A stretch of DNA of 61,486 bases, filler included, from Basidiobolus ranarum (Eukaryota): NCBI GenBank assembly GCA_040143965.1. It is 9 parts of 9 records of this genome, joined end to end, with 100 filler letters (N's around TTAATTAATTAA, not from the genome) between each part and the next. Parts side by side here need not be neighbours in the genome. Positions count along the whole stretch, not along the records: positions 1 to 6,759 come from JASJQH010008127.1; positions 6,860 to 13,613 come from JASJQH010008128.1; 7 more parts are not named here. One strand, written 5' to 3'. Below are positions 1-11,379 of the stretch, piece by piece. Below the pieces are notes generated by a model. It saw only the letters and a program-made list of their open reading frames with translations, was not told the DNA's origin and searched no databases. Every line of letters begins with the position of its first letter. Positions within the stretch are counted from its first letter, which is position 1. Both the position numbers and the translations under genes were made by a program.

Positions 1-760
1 ATGCATACCACAGGAGACAACAAAAGTAACAGAAGCAAATCAGCATCTACTGCTTCAAACCTAGGCAACTGCTGAATACTCTTGTTAATACTGATATTTT
101 CTTATCCTTACTGTTTAGTGCAGCATGCAAAATTGATATGGATTGCAGTTAAATATAGCATAAATTGCTTTAGTAGTATCATGATTGCTTATGCCTTTAT
201 GAAACACTGCTAGCATAAAATCATCAGGCATATTATATTTTGCCAGTTGTTTATATGCTGATACTTTAGCGCTCAGTTCTTTCATTCATAAATGGGTACT
301 TCTTGCTTTAATTTGTTGATTCACCAATGACTGCAGTATTTTTATTTTTATTATTTTCATCATTCTTCAAATTACCTCAAGTTTCCACCCAAGCTTTGTA
401 GGCATTTTTGGTATGTTCTGCACATGTCCAATAGTCCTGTTTTGTAGCAGATCTTAAACTGAATACATCAAATTTAATAAATGCCAAGTACTTGATTTAT
501 AGCTCCACCTCAAGCCTGCATCAATTCCCAGTCTTCAAAACCCATTTATTGGAAGTGAAATGCTTTTTTTCTAGAACAAACCAATTGAATTTGGAACAGT
601 TACAAGTGATGAAGAGAATGTTTGTGAGAAAGTTAATTAGCAAAGGCAGACCAGTGTAGAACTTTATCTTGCTGTCAAATAAAGCATTAACAGGAATATA
701 TTGACTGAGTAGTAATTATTTTCAAGCTGGACATACAATACAGGAAGAGATATTGCTCTT
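1..760 (-). mobile_element. Highly decayed retroelement-like sequence (possible copia gag fragment)
   Basis: The minus strand gives broken gag-like pieces (IGHVQN/TKNAYKAW; MPDDFMLAVFHKG). The region is AT-rich and almost CpG-free, like the neighbouring TEs. Confidence 0.3.
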
Positions 761-2234
761 TGTGCCTGTGACTTGAAGTTAACAAACAAATTCTGTCAGA
801 ATATATAGAATTAACCCTACATAATTTGAATTTATGCACTAATGATTGCTCAATTTAAGATGGGAAGCTTATGCTAAGACATAGCACCAACAGTAAATCA
901 ACAAACCAGGATCACAAGTTGGTTAAGTAGCAAACTGATTTGGTAGTTAGAGTTTGGTTAACATTCCAGTTTGTCATAGGTTTTCAATGGTATATTAAAT
1001 CCTTGTAAATTTTGGTTAATTTCTTGCTGGGGTTTCAACCAATGATTCAACAAACATATGCTGTTGGCATTATGATGTTCTGGTAACTAGTCAATGTAAG
1101 CAAATTATAAAGCTTTGGGTCTAATTCTGTATAATTTCTAATGTGAATACTAACTTTTGCAATAGGTTCTAAGATCATACTGACTGTGTCATGTGACTGT
1201 GCAGTGGCTCAACTGCAATATGATAGTTTGATTAGTGATCAGTTGATAAATATTTCCCTATCTGCTCTATTAGTTTATATATATACAGATCTTTCATTGT
1301 TAAATAAGTTGAGTGGAGCTTCCATTAACATAAAGCTTTCTTAACCCCTTTAATACTTGGCTATTAAAGAGCTATAAATGTAACTCTGTTCAAAAAATGT
1401 ATTTCCTATTTTAGCATCTTTCTAAAACATAATGCAGGCCCTGCTCAGGCACAATCTGAAGCTCTTATATATAGCAGTTGTTGTGCATATAATTTTGCAA
1501 TCAACTATTCTGCATATTGTGGCAGTGAAAAAATAATGTAAACATCTTAATTTTTCTTTAGCAATCGAACAATTGTCACAATGCAATTATATCACAAATA
1601 TTGAACACTTTTGCCCTAGTACATACTATGACAAAGTTACAGTTGTTATAATCTTATGTAGCTATGAATTTGAGGAGGTAGAGTAAGCTAGTACTGTATT
1701 TGCTAATATTGCACTTAAGTATAATAAGGGAGATACTCCTGTACTTTTACTCAAGCTGATAGATCAAGTAACAATTATGACTATCTTCTCAACCCTTTTA
1801 CACAATCTCCTCAAGTTTTTACCTATTCTTTACAAGCCTCTTGGTTAAATTATTAACTTATTCAGTTGTCTTCTTTATAGTGAACTAGCATTAGGACATA
1901 TTCAACTTAATACATTTTGTGTGTCAAGTTCATAAATGCTGATCTTGTGTTGTAATTCCTCAGTAGCTAAGATGACTCAGCCAGCATGAACCTGTGTGGG
2001 GTAAGGGATACCAAAATATTTTGTCATCAGAACACTATAAGCAGAATAAGTTGGTACTATTGTTTCCATTCACAAATTCTTTTGTGATATGTATTTTCTT
2101 TCTGGCCTCAATGCTGATACCCTTGAAGGAAATCTAGCATTTGCATCTATTAAAGCAGGTAGGCCATTAAATCTACAATTGCAGAAAAAAGGTTTTGGCC
2201 AATTGGTTAAACTTGGATAATAACAAAAATGCCT

Positions 2235-2430
2235 ATCAAGCATGAGTGAGAATTTGAGGTGATTTGGGAAAGGATTGACATACTAGTTAAAATTAGTAAA
2301 AGTGATCTAATTTCTAAATCTATCAATTAAAACAATAAAGGCACATTTATTTTGGAATTGCATGCTAACTAAGCAAAATATGAAAAAGTTTACTTCCTAA
2401 TAATGAGTTACTATTCACCTGGTTTCAATA
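2235..2430 (-). repeat. Partial LTR of the copia family (U3 part)
   Basis: Aligns by eye with 37985-38182 (gaggtgattt...gtaaaagtgatctaatt...ataatgagtt...tttcaa) and with the reverse complement of 3084-3290. Confidence 0.75.
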
Positions 2431-2579
2431 TTTACACCAAACAAATTATATTAGATCTCTGTTAAACCTTGACAGGGCTCTCCTGCATCTTTCTTCTTGC
2501 AGTACCAATATTTGGTTGGTGCATTGTCTTCTTGAAGTTTGGTCACTTTCAATCTGTCCCAATGGACTAAATATTCTTT

Positions 2580-3060
2580 GGTGACTCCATGTTTATACAC
2601 TATTGGATTTGCCTGGAATGACTTTTTCTAATAACTAAGGAAGGTCCAGTCCAAAGAGGTTTAAACCTCTCTGGGTGTTATCTTTTAACAGCACAAAGAT
2701 TCCTTTGGGTAATTGGCTGTAAGTTTATAGTGTTGTCACATCAAGTCTTTATTTTTTAGGCACTTGCTTCCACTCTGGCTGCTGTAGAATTTCTCTCCAG
2801 AGTAAGCTTCTCATTTGCTGTGGTTTGGCTGTGTTCTTATTCCATAAGGTTGGTAAGTTTGTTTGCAAGGTGTTTTCTGGGATCTTTGAGTGATACCCAA
2901 ACACTGAGTAGAAAGAGAGTTTCTGAGTTGCACTATGCACTCTGAATTGGCAGGCATATAACACTTGATCAATATACTCATCCTACCTGTGCACAGAGCC
3001 ATTGGCAGTCTTGAAGAGAATCCTGCCAAACATTCCATTGAAACTCTTAGTGACTCCATG
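2580..3060 (-). mobile_element. Ty3/gypsy integrase C-terminal remnant (degenerate)
   Basis: ORF 2749-2964 reads LYACQFRVHSATQKLSFYSVFGYHSKIP, resembling the gypsy 'AYR..HSAT..PF..V.G..P' segment. Downstream 'FVLLKDN...RFKPLWTGP' resembles the GPY/F module. Confidence 0.65.
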
Positions 3061-3083
3061 AGTTCTTAGACCATAGACAGAGA

Positions 3084-3426
3084 TTTGGAAATTAAGTAAA
3101 AAGCAGCTCATTACTTAGTAGTTAGCTTGTTCATGTTTGAAATATTTAGCACTCAATTCTGCTGCTCAAAAACATGTGTTTATTGCTCCAAGCAATAGAT
3201 ATACCAATTAGATCACTCATACTCTATTTTCTCAAAACTTCTCCAAAGCATCTCATATTTTATCCCTGCTTTACAGGCATGTTTGCTATGATTTAAGAAT
3301 GTTGAATAACTTTATTGCATGGTAAGCTATAAATAAGATCTATTCCATTCAATAAATCTCAAGTGTCTGATTCACATATCTAAATCTTGTCTAAAGAACG
3401 TCCAGATCCACTAAATACTTTTATCA
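3084..3426 (+). repeat. 5' LTR of a Ty1/copia element (~343 bp)
   Basis: Colinear with the reverse complement of 37834-38182. Contains ctataaata (TATA-like) and aataaa, ends ...TTATCA and is immediately followed by a PBS and gag. Confidence 0.8.
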
Positions 3427-3440
3427 GGTTATAGGCACCA
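3427..3440 (+). promoter_or_regulatory. Degenerate primer-binding site (GGTTATAGGCACCA)
   Basis: Abuts the LTR end. The sister copy at 37822-37833 is a perfect GGTTATGAGCCC. Confidence 0.7.
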
Positions 3441-3449
3441 AGCTAGCTG

Positions 3450-4430
3450 CTTCAAGAATTTTACAGTACCGTTACCAATGTTTTTGCATCCACAGAGAAG
3501 TTTTGTGATGAAGACTTCCCCATTTGATGTTCAAGATGCAAATGGTGCTAGAAGACAAGGACTTTTAGGATTTATTAAAGGAGAAGAAATAGGGCCAAAA
3601 GCCCATAAGAAGCAGAGGAAACCACCCTCTATATGTTGTCTACATCTCAGAGACTCTACATTGAGGCATATACACTCAGCCAAAAATGTCCAAAATGCAT
3701 GGAAACACTTGAGGAGCGCTATGAGACAAACAGTCTAGCTAAAAGGCTATATCTTAGACAAGAATTATTATCAATTCAGATGAGTTCTGGTGATTATATA
3801 TATAATCATATAAATTTGATCCAAGCTATGGCAGATCAGCTCTCATCAATTGGAGCACCTCTAAATGAAGATGAAATACTCATGAGACCACTTGGAAGCC
3901 TGCCAGAAATGTTTGGGAATCTCAAAACTGCCCTAGATTTAAGATCAAAGCTATTAACAATGGAATATGTTGAAGCCAGGCTCTTGAATGGGGAAACAAA
4001 AAGATATAACTCTCAGCAAAATAATGTTGATCTGGCATTTCTTAGAGCTGCAAGATGTCAAACAAGCTTTGTTAATGGTGCCCCTAATAGGATATCAATC
4101 CTATGCAAGTATTGCAAGTAACCAAGCCATTTAATCAAACATTGCAGAAAAACAATTTTTAGCCAAAAGCTAAAATTGGGACAAGTAAGTCAAGTAAGTA
4201 CTGATATGGATCATCTATTTGTGTAAGCCAAGCAACAGCTCAATGACAAAGTTTTGTGCTCTGCAAAGCTGGATGTACTAACACAGGTCAAAATAGCATC
4301 CAATTAGCTACTGGGATCAGAACTCAAAACTCATACAAACTAGAAATCCACAAATTGCATTCTGAACATGTAAACTTGGCCAAAACTGGTTAAATAAGCT
4401 GTCAAAGATGTCACAAAAGATTGGTAAAGT
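3450..4430 (+). mobile_element. Ty1/copia gag remnant (UBN2-type region, CCHC knuckle, internally deleted)
   Basis: ORF 3633-4121 (LEERYETNSLAKRLYLRQELLSIQM...GSLPE) runs into CKYCK*PSHLIKHC, with frameshifts and stops. Homologous to 38200-39100. Confidence 0.9.
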
Positions 4431-4439
4431 AATTGAAGT

Positions 4440-5785
4440 ATGTTTTATATTGTCACAGGGGGAAGAAAATATAGGAGATCTAGCTTCTTCCCAAAATTCA
4501 TTTTCTAGAAACTTTAGAGGTTGATCTTGAGTATGTGGCAGGTCACAGAATGCTGCATCATACTGACTGTGTGATCTGGATTAAGAGCTATAGTTAGAGA
4601 TAAAATTTTGCTTTTTCACTACAAAATACAGCTCTGCATTTTATTATCTACTGAACTGTGGTAGCAGTCAGTCTGTGGGCTTTAAATCCATCAGAGTATC
4701 CAAGAAAATTCATTTACTGAACTTAGCATCTGATGCAGAGCAGTTCTGAACCAAGGTTAGGCCATAAACAATGGAATACACAATTATGAGAGGATTCACA
4801 CTTGCCCTGCCATTTTCACTTGTAGGTACTCTGATATTGTTTTGTCCTCCATAAAGGTCCTAAAGTACTTTTTAACCCCTGGCAAGATAGTGTTCAAGGG
4901 CTCAGTTAGGTTAGAAGAACTTGGGGCAAGATTCTGGGGGGATTTGATCTCTTCAGAGCTTAAAAATGGCTGTCCAAGATGTTTTGCATTAATGCAACCT
5001 GGCAAACAGATACAACTTGATGATTTTTTAATTCTGAGCCTGAAACACGCTGATTTTGATTCATTTGGGCCTATTTTTGTTTACCAGAGTGGCTGTATCT
5101 TCAATACCAGGTCTAATAACTTAATTACCAGCTCTACCCAAGGTTATGTGCTCAGAAAGCATTCTGTTGGTTTCCAATTTGCATAAGTTGAGTTTCGACT
5201 CAAATACCTGATTTGGTATTATTCTAAGATGTGATAGTGCATCCATTATTGCTAAAAACAAAATTTAGTCTTTTAGCTGTTGCTTGGCCCACTGGTAGCA
5301 TATTTTGGATATGATTAGTGATTTATTTATATTTACAAATATTGCCAAAGAAATAGCTGCATTTTGATACAAATTGGGGACAACTATGCCACTACTAACT
5401 GTATACAGCACAAAGCCATCCTCTAAGTAGCCATTCCTTGTTGGATTGGTTTTAGGCTGGAAAACCAATCTTTGTCATTTAACAAATGTTGGTAAGCTCC
5501 CGAATGAGTGTACTATATTTTGGAGTCTTTTTTAGTCATTGCTCTTAGGGCAGACATAAATAGTTGATCCTTGTCATTGCATACTTGACTTCCTTCATTC
5601 AATTTTGGCTCTCTGACAAAACTTCTTTGTCTGCAATCTCTGCATAAATGGCCTGGCTTCTTGCAATACTTGCTGATGATAGATTTCCTATTAGAGACAC
5701 AATTATTGAATCCAGCTGAAAAGCTTACCACTCCAAAAGAAGCTTGATCAACAGTAGTTTTAAAGTAAAGAAGGGAAATATACAA
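4440..5785 (-). mobile_element. Ty1/copia remnant (zinc knuckle, protease region, integrase), same family
   Basis: SKYCKKPGHLCRDCRQR knuckle (ORF 5513-5785). Integrase-like 'GC..AKH.GQPF...GVKKYFRTFMEDKT' (4796-5005). Many stops. Confidence 0.85.
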
Positions 5786-5799
5786 TGCAAGTAAGCAGA

Positions 5800-6290
5800 A
5801 AGTGGCTTTGGAAGAGGAACATTAAACTTGACATCAAGTCTAGTGCTTACTATGCTGATATCTGGTAAGAACTAAATACAGAGTAGCACATTATTGCAGG
5901 ATATCTGCTAGATAGTTCGGAGAATGTTGATATAGCTATATTAATACAATGGGGGGCTTTGATGGAGATATTGATACAAACTTATGTTGGATATGAGCTA
6001 ATCCTTAGGTATGAAGTACTCTACATAAATATTCAGGAGAATATATCAAAGAAAGTAGGGAATTCAGAGTTCAGAATTTAGCATTAAAGTGGTATATGTG
6101 CAAAACTTGAGTTACACTTTTTGCACATGTTTTGATCCGTAGTTTTCTGAGATTGTAGCCAATCATGATGAGTTATTTTACAAGATCTTAAAATTTCACT
6201 CATGAAACTGAAAAAATTGGTAAAAATCAGATCTAACAACAATTTTATGCCAGTAAGTAAGCAGTGAATTTAAAATGGCTTAAAATTATG
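5800..6290 (+). repeat. Dispersed repeat 'X' with decayed unidentified coding potential
   Basis: Reverse-complement match to about 40260-40700. Translates as ELNTE*HIIAGYLLDS...QWGALMEILIQTYVGYE...FAHVLIRS. Confidence 0.8.
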
Positions 6291-6524
6291 TAGATTTTCT
6301 TATTGTAACAATCATAAATTTCTTGTTAGGGTAAAAGTCCTATGCCTGATAAGTTTTTTCCACTTGTACCAGGTTTATGGCAAGCAACAGTTGCCAATCT
6401 ACTCTGGTAAAGGTATAAGAATACCAGCAAACACCAGGTTGCTATAATTGGATGGGACTCTTCACTCTTTGATACTCAGAGCTGTATCCTCTACTGTAAG
6501 TGCTCTGAGTGCATTTATGCATGC

Positions 6525-6759
6525 TGATAACAAAAAATCTATAACAAATTCGCTATTCTTGTCTCACACACTGCCACCAGTACTGAAATAAACACAGTTA
6601 ACAATTTATAGTTTGCTATGAAATTGGACTATTGGACACACTAAGTTCATAACTAACATGCCTGTTGAGGATGAGTGAAAATTTAAGATGATTGGGAGCA
6701 GTTTTGAGAAAATAGTGAGATTTGATAAAATTGATTTAGTTGATATTTCTACCAATTAG
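6525..6759 (-). repeat. Further copia LTR copy, truncated by the contig end
   Basis: The reverse complement gives caggcatgttagtta...catagcaaactataaat...ttatca, colinear with 3190-3426. Confidence 0.65.
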
Positions 6760-6859
6760 NNNNNNNNNNNNNNNNNNNNNNNNNNNNNNNNNNNNNNNNN
6801 NNNTTAATTAATTAANNNNNNNNNNNNNNNNNNNNNNNNNNNNNNNNNNNNNNNNNNNN
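6760..6859. other. Artificial contig-joining spacer
   Basis: N44-TTAATTAATTAA-N44 (stops in all six frames). Confidence 0.99.
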
Positions 6860-7542
6860 ATTGGTCCATGGGATATGGCGGGCTCATGAGTAATAGAACC
6901 CCAATTTCAGGGGAGCTTATAATAAAATAAAGTTTCTATATAAATTAAGCCAAAATTAATCAACTATCCATAAACATGGAGGATTAAGCCATCTTGGATA
7001 AGAATCGGCCAAGGGACCAAGCACATGTTTTCAAATCAAGGGACCAAGCAAGGGACCTTGGGACTGTATCCAATGGCGCAACAGATTCTATTATTACGAG
7101 TTCTATTGTTGATCTGAGTTGACTGATTCTCATAGACTAGCCGTCCTATTCTCATAGCCACTAGATAGCATGGATATAATATAATGACTCTTAACTCCTA
7201 CTCCCGCATTTGGTAAATGCATTTAGTCTGGGTGCATGTGAAGTTGAATTTTGCATACAACATCAAGCGCAACACCAAGCGCAGGAAGGATCAGGGTTGA
7301 TTGCGTCAATGTTGTTGATTAGAGTGGCGGATGATGCACAAATCATCAAACAACTGAATAAAATGCCAGGCAACGTGAAGAATATGATGTCATTGAATTC
7401 CATATTAAGTAAAAGCAAATCAATGGATTTTGTTTGAATGTGTAATTACATAACTTCATAATAAATAGACAAGAAAAATATACATGGTGCATAATACTGA
7501 TATGAAACAAAGAATGAAGGAAAAGTGCACTATTAGTCCAGC

Positions 7543-10425
7543 TTAGTAGTCGAGCTTGATGTCGTTTCTTTGACGTAATCTAGACTTCATTGGTGTTCTA
7601 CTATCCTGCTCAATTGATAGCACATTGTTGTTGATCTCTTGCTCGGTAACTACTTTCTTGCTTCTTAGTTTCCTAGTCTTCTTCTTGAGTTGGGTGTTGT
7701 CGCCGAAAATATCATCGTGATTGGTTGTGGTGACACTAGTGGATGGTGTCTTACGGAACAAACCCCGGGCCTTTTTGATGAAAGGACTCAACGGTGTTTT
7801 CTCATTTTGCATTCGGAGCGCTTGAACCGCCGGGCTGGCAGATGATTCTGCTTCGTCTCCATGGTAGGTCTCGATATCCGTAAACACTACCTGGACACCA
7901 CCGGTAGGTGATTTTATGATCGGCCCTTTGACAACGGTAGTATCTTCCGAAGCTGGATCCACAGACACTGCTTCGTATGAATCATAAGCTAGCTTCTTCT
8001 TTCCCCAGAGGTATTTCTTCAAGAATCCGGATTTAACCTCACTCTTACTTAAGACAGCCGTGCTAGGAGCAGTGGTATTGTTGGCCTTGGAATCAGGAGT
8101 GGTGTGCATGAACGCGTTTGGTTTGGGTTTGGTCGGTGTAACTTGAGGTGGTCGTGCCTCTTCAGTTGAGACCTTGTCCTGCTGGTGGATACTGGTGGAA
8201 GCTATCTCAAGAAGTTTGGTGTTTTTGTGCTCCAAGTAAGCTTTGTCTTTGTCAAACTCTTTCTTCAATTCTAAGTTCTCACAAACGATTTCTTTCAAAT
8301 GGTTCTCCACTTCAGTGTACTCCATTTGCAACTTGTTGAATGATGCTTGAAGTTGGGCGTATTTCTGAGAATACTCTTTGGATTGTTTGGCCAGTGCTTC
8401 TTGTACGGCATGATCAACTTCAGTAGGTATGGATTCTTCAAGATCCTGAAGTTTCTCATACAATACCATTTTTTGGGATTTCTCTGCGGCCACCAATCCA
8501 TGTGAAGCGGCCAAATCGAATTCTAATTCACGTATGTTATTTTCCTGTGCAATAAGGATGGCTTTCTGTTGGTCTAGTTCGTGACAAAGTTGGATCACCT
8601 TCTCTTCGTCGTCTTGATCATTACCAGCGGCCAAGAACTCTACATGTGTCTGATTACGACTTAAAATATCGATCTTTTTCTCGGTCTTGAATTCGTTCAT
8701 CTCATTCTCATTTGTTAACCGTGAACTGAACATGGATTCCAATCGCTTCACTCTTTCAGCAAATTCGTTGGTTAACTCTTCACGTATCTCGGCTTCCATA
8801 TTCGCGCACCGGGATTCAGCATCTAACCATTTGTCACGTATTTCATGAAGAATATCTTCGTATTTTTTGACCATATCGGCAATGTAAACATCCTCTTCTT
8901 CGGATTCATACTCTACTTCATCATCCTCTTCGGACACAAAGTCAGAGTCGAAACTTGCCCGTTTTGATGGCTTAGTGGGGGTCTCCAAATCGGATTCCAT
9001 TTCCAGTAACTTCGATATCTTAAGCTTTTGTACTGTACGCTTAACGGTAGTGATATCCATCGCAACTGCAGCAAATTTGAGCACGTGACTAGTTTCAGCG
9101 AAACTGGTTTCATAAGGGTTCACATTTACCAACATCACCGCTTTGGCTTCTCCAGTGAAGGAGCTTTGGAAGATCTCGGTCAACTTTGACTGACGAAATG
9201 GTACCACTTCCTTATGTTCCCGAGTTTGATTGTGTCTCAAACTTTCCAAACATTGACCAAGTACCATCAATGATTTATTGATGTTGTTGGCCTCCTTGAG
9301 TCTCTCACCAGTATTGTTAGTAAGTTTACTACGCTCAGCTCCAGCCAAATCCACCAGAGAAATTCTACTGACAGAGGAGTACTTTATCTTCAAATCTTCG
9401 GTCATGGCATTCTTTGGAATTCGGATCAATTTGATAGTAAATATACTGTGGCTACGACTGGATACTGCATTCAATAAAGTGGAGAAAACGGTACGATTAT
9501 TTTGACCTTGATTCAAAATTTGATATCCATCTTCTACAGAATTCACTTTTAATTCACGTAATCCAGGAATATATTTGTATCCAGTTTTACGATCCTTTTT
9601 TAAGGTTAAAAATTTCCTCTTGGAATCATTCACCAAACCTGGATCAAGAAGGTCATACACTTTTTCATTGTAAATCTCTGCATAGGAGACCCACACTGCG
9701 TATTCATATTCTGGATCACATTCGATCTTGTCAAATGATTCTTCAAGTTGTGCTTGAGCGGAAGAAAATTGGTTCGATTGAAATTCTTCACTAGATTGAC
9801 AGGATTCTATTTCACAGTATCTAGCGGGTCGGAGAGTATCGGTGCTTTGCTTTCCTTGGATACTATTCAACATCAACTCGAGTGTTCTTGGTAATAAACC
9901 AGGGTTCTCGCGTGATCCCTGAATGGTATAGGTTTTACCAGAATTGGATACACCATAGGCAAATATTAATGCGTTTTCACCATTCATCACTTGGGAGATA
10001 AGTGGACGGGCGGTTTCAAGGAAGAAATCATTCTGGGTGGTATCTTCGTTAAATACTTTGGTGAATTTAAATCTTTCTTGGATACCACATCTAGCCTTGT
10101 AGGCAGTGGAATCCGTAGGTGGAGTCATTATCACCTCATGATCATTCACTAAGTCTAGGTAGCTGGTGGGTAGACTGGTGAGTAGGTTACGGTTGGGTCC
10201 AGGTCGGATACGTAAAAAGGTCTTCACTGGCTCTCTATCGGGATCATAGTTGTTAAACTTTCTCTCTAATCTACTAAGGTAGGGTGTTTTGCCACCCACG
10301 GGAGCTCCAGGGGAGGTGACCCCTTTGAATAAGCTCTTTCTTACGTTCGCCACTGGACTCTGAATACGGAAGTTTTTGGAGACTCCTGTGTATGGAGTCA
10401 TACTGGGGCGTGGTTGTATTTCCAT
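7543..10425 (-). CDS. Kinesin-6 family motor (MKLP1/KIF23/Klp9-like), single exon, 960 aa
   Basis: Motor motifs IFAYGVSNSGKT, SSRSH, LVDLAGAER and VPFRQSKLT, an enlarged loop-6 insert typical of kinesin-6, a coiled-coil stalk, and the tail motif KGPIIKSPTGGVQVVFTDIET. Confidence 0.93.
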   Translation of the reverse strand: MEIQPRPSMTPYTGVSKNFRIQSPVANVRKSLFKGVTSPGAPVGGKTPYLSRLERKFNNYDPDREPVKTFLRIRPGPNRNLLTSLPTSYLDLVNDHEVIMTPPTDSTAYKARCGIQERFKFTKVFNEDTTQNDFFLETARPLISQVMNGENALIFAYGVSNSGKTYTIQGSRENPGLLPRTLELMLNSIQGKQSTDTLRPARYCEIESCQSSEEFQSNQFSSAQAQLEESFDKIECDPEYEYAVWVSYAEIYNEKVYDLLDPGLVNDSKRKFLTLKKDRKTGYKYIPGLRELKVNSVEDGYQILNQGQNNRTVFSTLLNAVSSRSHSIFTIKLIRIPKNAMTEDLKIKYSSVSRISLVDLAGAERSKLTNNTGERLKEANNINKSLMVLGQCLESLRHNQTREHKEVVPFRQSKLTEIFQSSFTGEAKAVMLVNVNPYETSFAETSHVLKFAAVAMDITTVKRTVQKLKISKLLEMESDLETPTKPSKRASFDSDFVSEEDDEVEYESEEEDVYIADMVKKYEDILHEIRDKWLDAESRCANMEAEIREELTNEFAERVKRLESMFSSRLTNENEMNEFKTEKKIDILSRNQTHVEFLAAGNDQDDEEKVIQLCHELDQQKAILIAQENNIRELEFDLAASHGLVAAEKSQKMVLYEKLQDLEESIPTEVDHAVQEALAKQSKEYSQKYAQLQASFNKLQMEYTEVENHLKEIVCENLELKKEFDKDKAYLEHKNTKLLEIASTSIHQQDKVSTEEARPPQVTPTKPKPNAFMHTTPDSKANNTTAPSTAVLSKSEVKSGFLKKYLWGKKKLAYDSYEAVSVDPASEDTTVVKGPIIKSPTGGVQVVFTDIETYHGDEAESSASPAVQALRMQNEKTPLSPFIKKARGLFRKTPSTSVTTTNHDDIFGDNTQLKKKTRKLRSKKVVTEQEINNNVLSIEQDSRTPMKSRLRQRNDIKLDY

Positions 10426-11379
10426 CGTGAAAAGAATGGAAAACTGATAGGAAAAGTGAAATCAATAAGGGTTAATCTACAAAAAATGAGAAAAGAGGGT
10501 GGGTAAACCCTGAGAAGGAGCAAAGGTTAGTAGGAGGTGATGGTAAACAGGTGCGGAGTGAAAAAAACTGGTACTCGTTACTATTAATATACCTACATTG
10601 TTTTCATTTCATAAAAATCCGCATCCGCCCCTACACACGATTGACCTTTACCTTGGTTGAAATGTTATTTAGTAAACAAATCAATGACCAATCAATCCTC
10701 AGTAGGAAGAGTCACTGGCTTGATTTAGAGATAATTGTATGATCTTTCCCCAATAAAATGCTTTTTAACAGATCTCCAAATTATTTGGAATCATGTTACG
10801 TGCTACTCCAACGTGATTACGATACCAGTATATGCTAAGCCCAAATCTATAAATAACGTTGAGGCTGTATAAAGAGACTTTACAGAATTGGTATTGAAAT
10901 GTTGCAGGTGCGATTGGATTAGGATCAATCTAACTTTACAATGGTCACCGTAGGAGGAGCGAATTGTCTCCTGAATTATTAGAATTAGTCCTCATCTAAT
11001 ATGCTGGAGTCGACTTGTTCCTCTACTTTCAATAGAAGATGCATGTATTTAACTTTGATAAAACGTATACAAGTAGCCTCCATTTCTAACTGTCATTGTT
11101 TTCTAATTTTTGCAAGATGGCCACGAGATATCAGTATAACTAATTCTACCAGTTACACTTATGTGTGATACTTTACAAACTGAGTAAAGGACTAAAACCA
11201 CCATATTTTGCATTCAACATGTTTTGGCAATAATTCCAAAACTAAGATATATTTATATATACTAAGAATATATTTCAAGTAAAATAACGCAAAATTAGAA
11301 ATGAATAATCGATATTCAACCATATATACAGTTTATGAATGTAAAAAAACGAAACCATAGGAAGTTGAAATATCTAGTA

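Noticed and set aside
3300-3426. A very short (~127 bp) LTR starting at an internal TGTTGAA
   Set aside because: Homology with the contig-6 copy continues ungapped upstream to about 3084/38182, so the LTR is about 345 bp.
6804-6815. Regularly spaced TTAATTAATTAA as a biological repeat or CRISPR-like array
   Set aside because: It is always centred in N runs and is a synthetic six-frame stop linker.
6985-7065. AGGGACCAAGC mini-repeats with weak inverted similarity to about 23510-23560
   Set aside because: The match is too short and diverged to define an element by eye.
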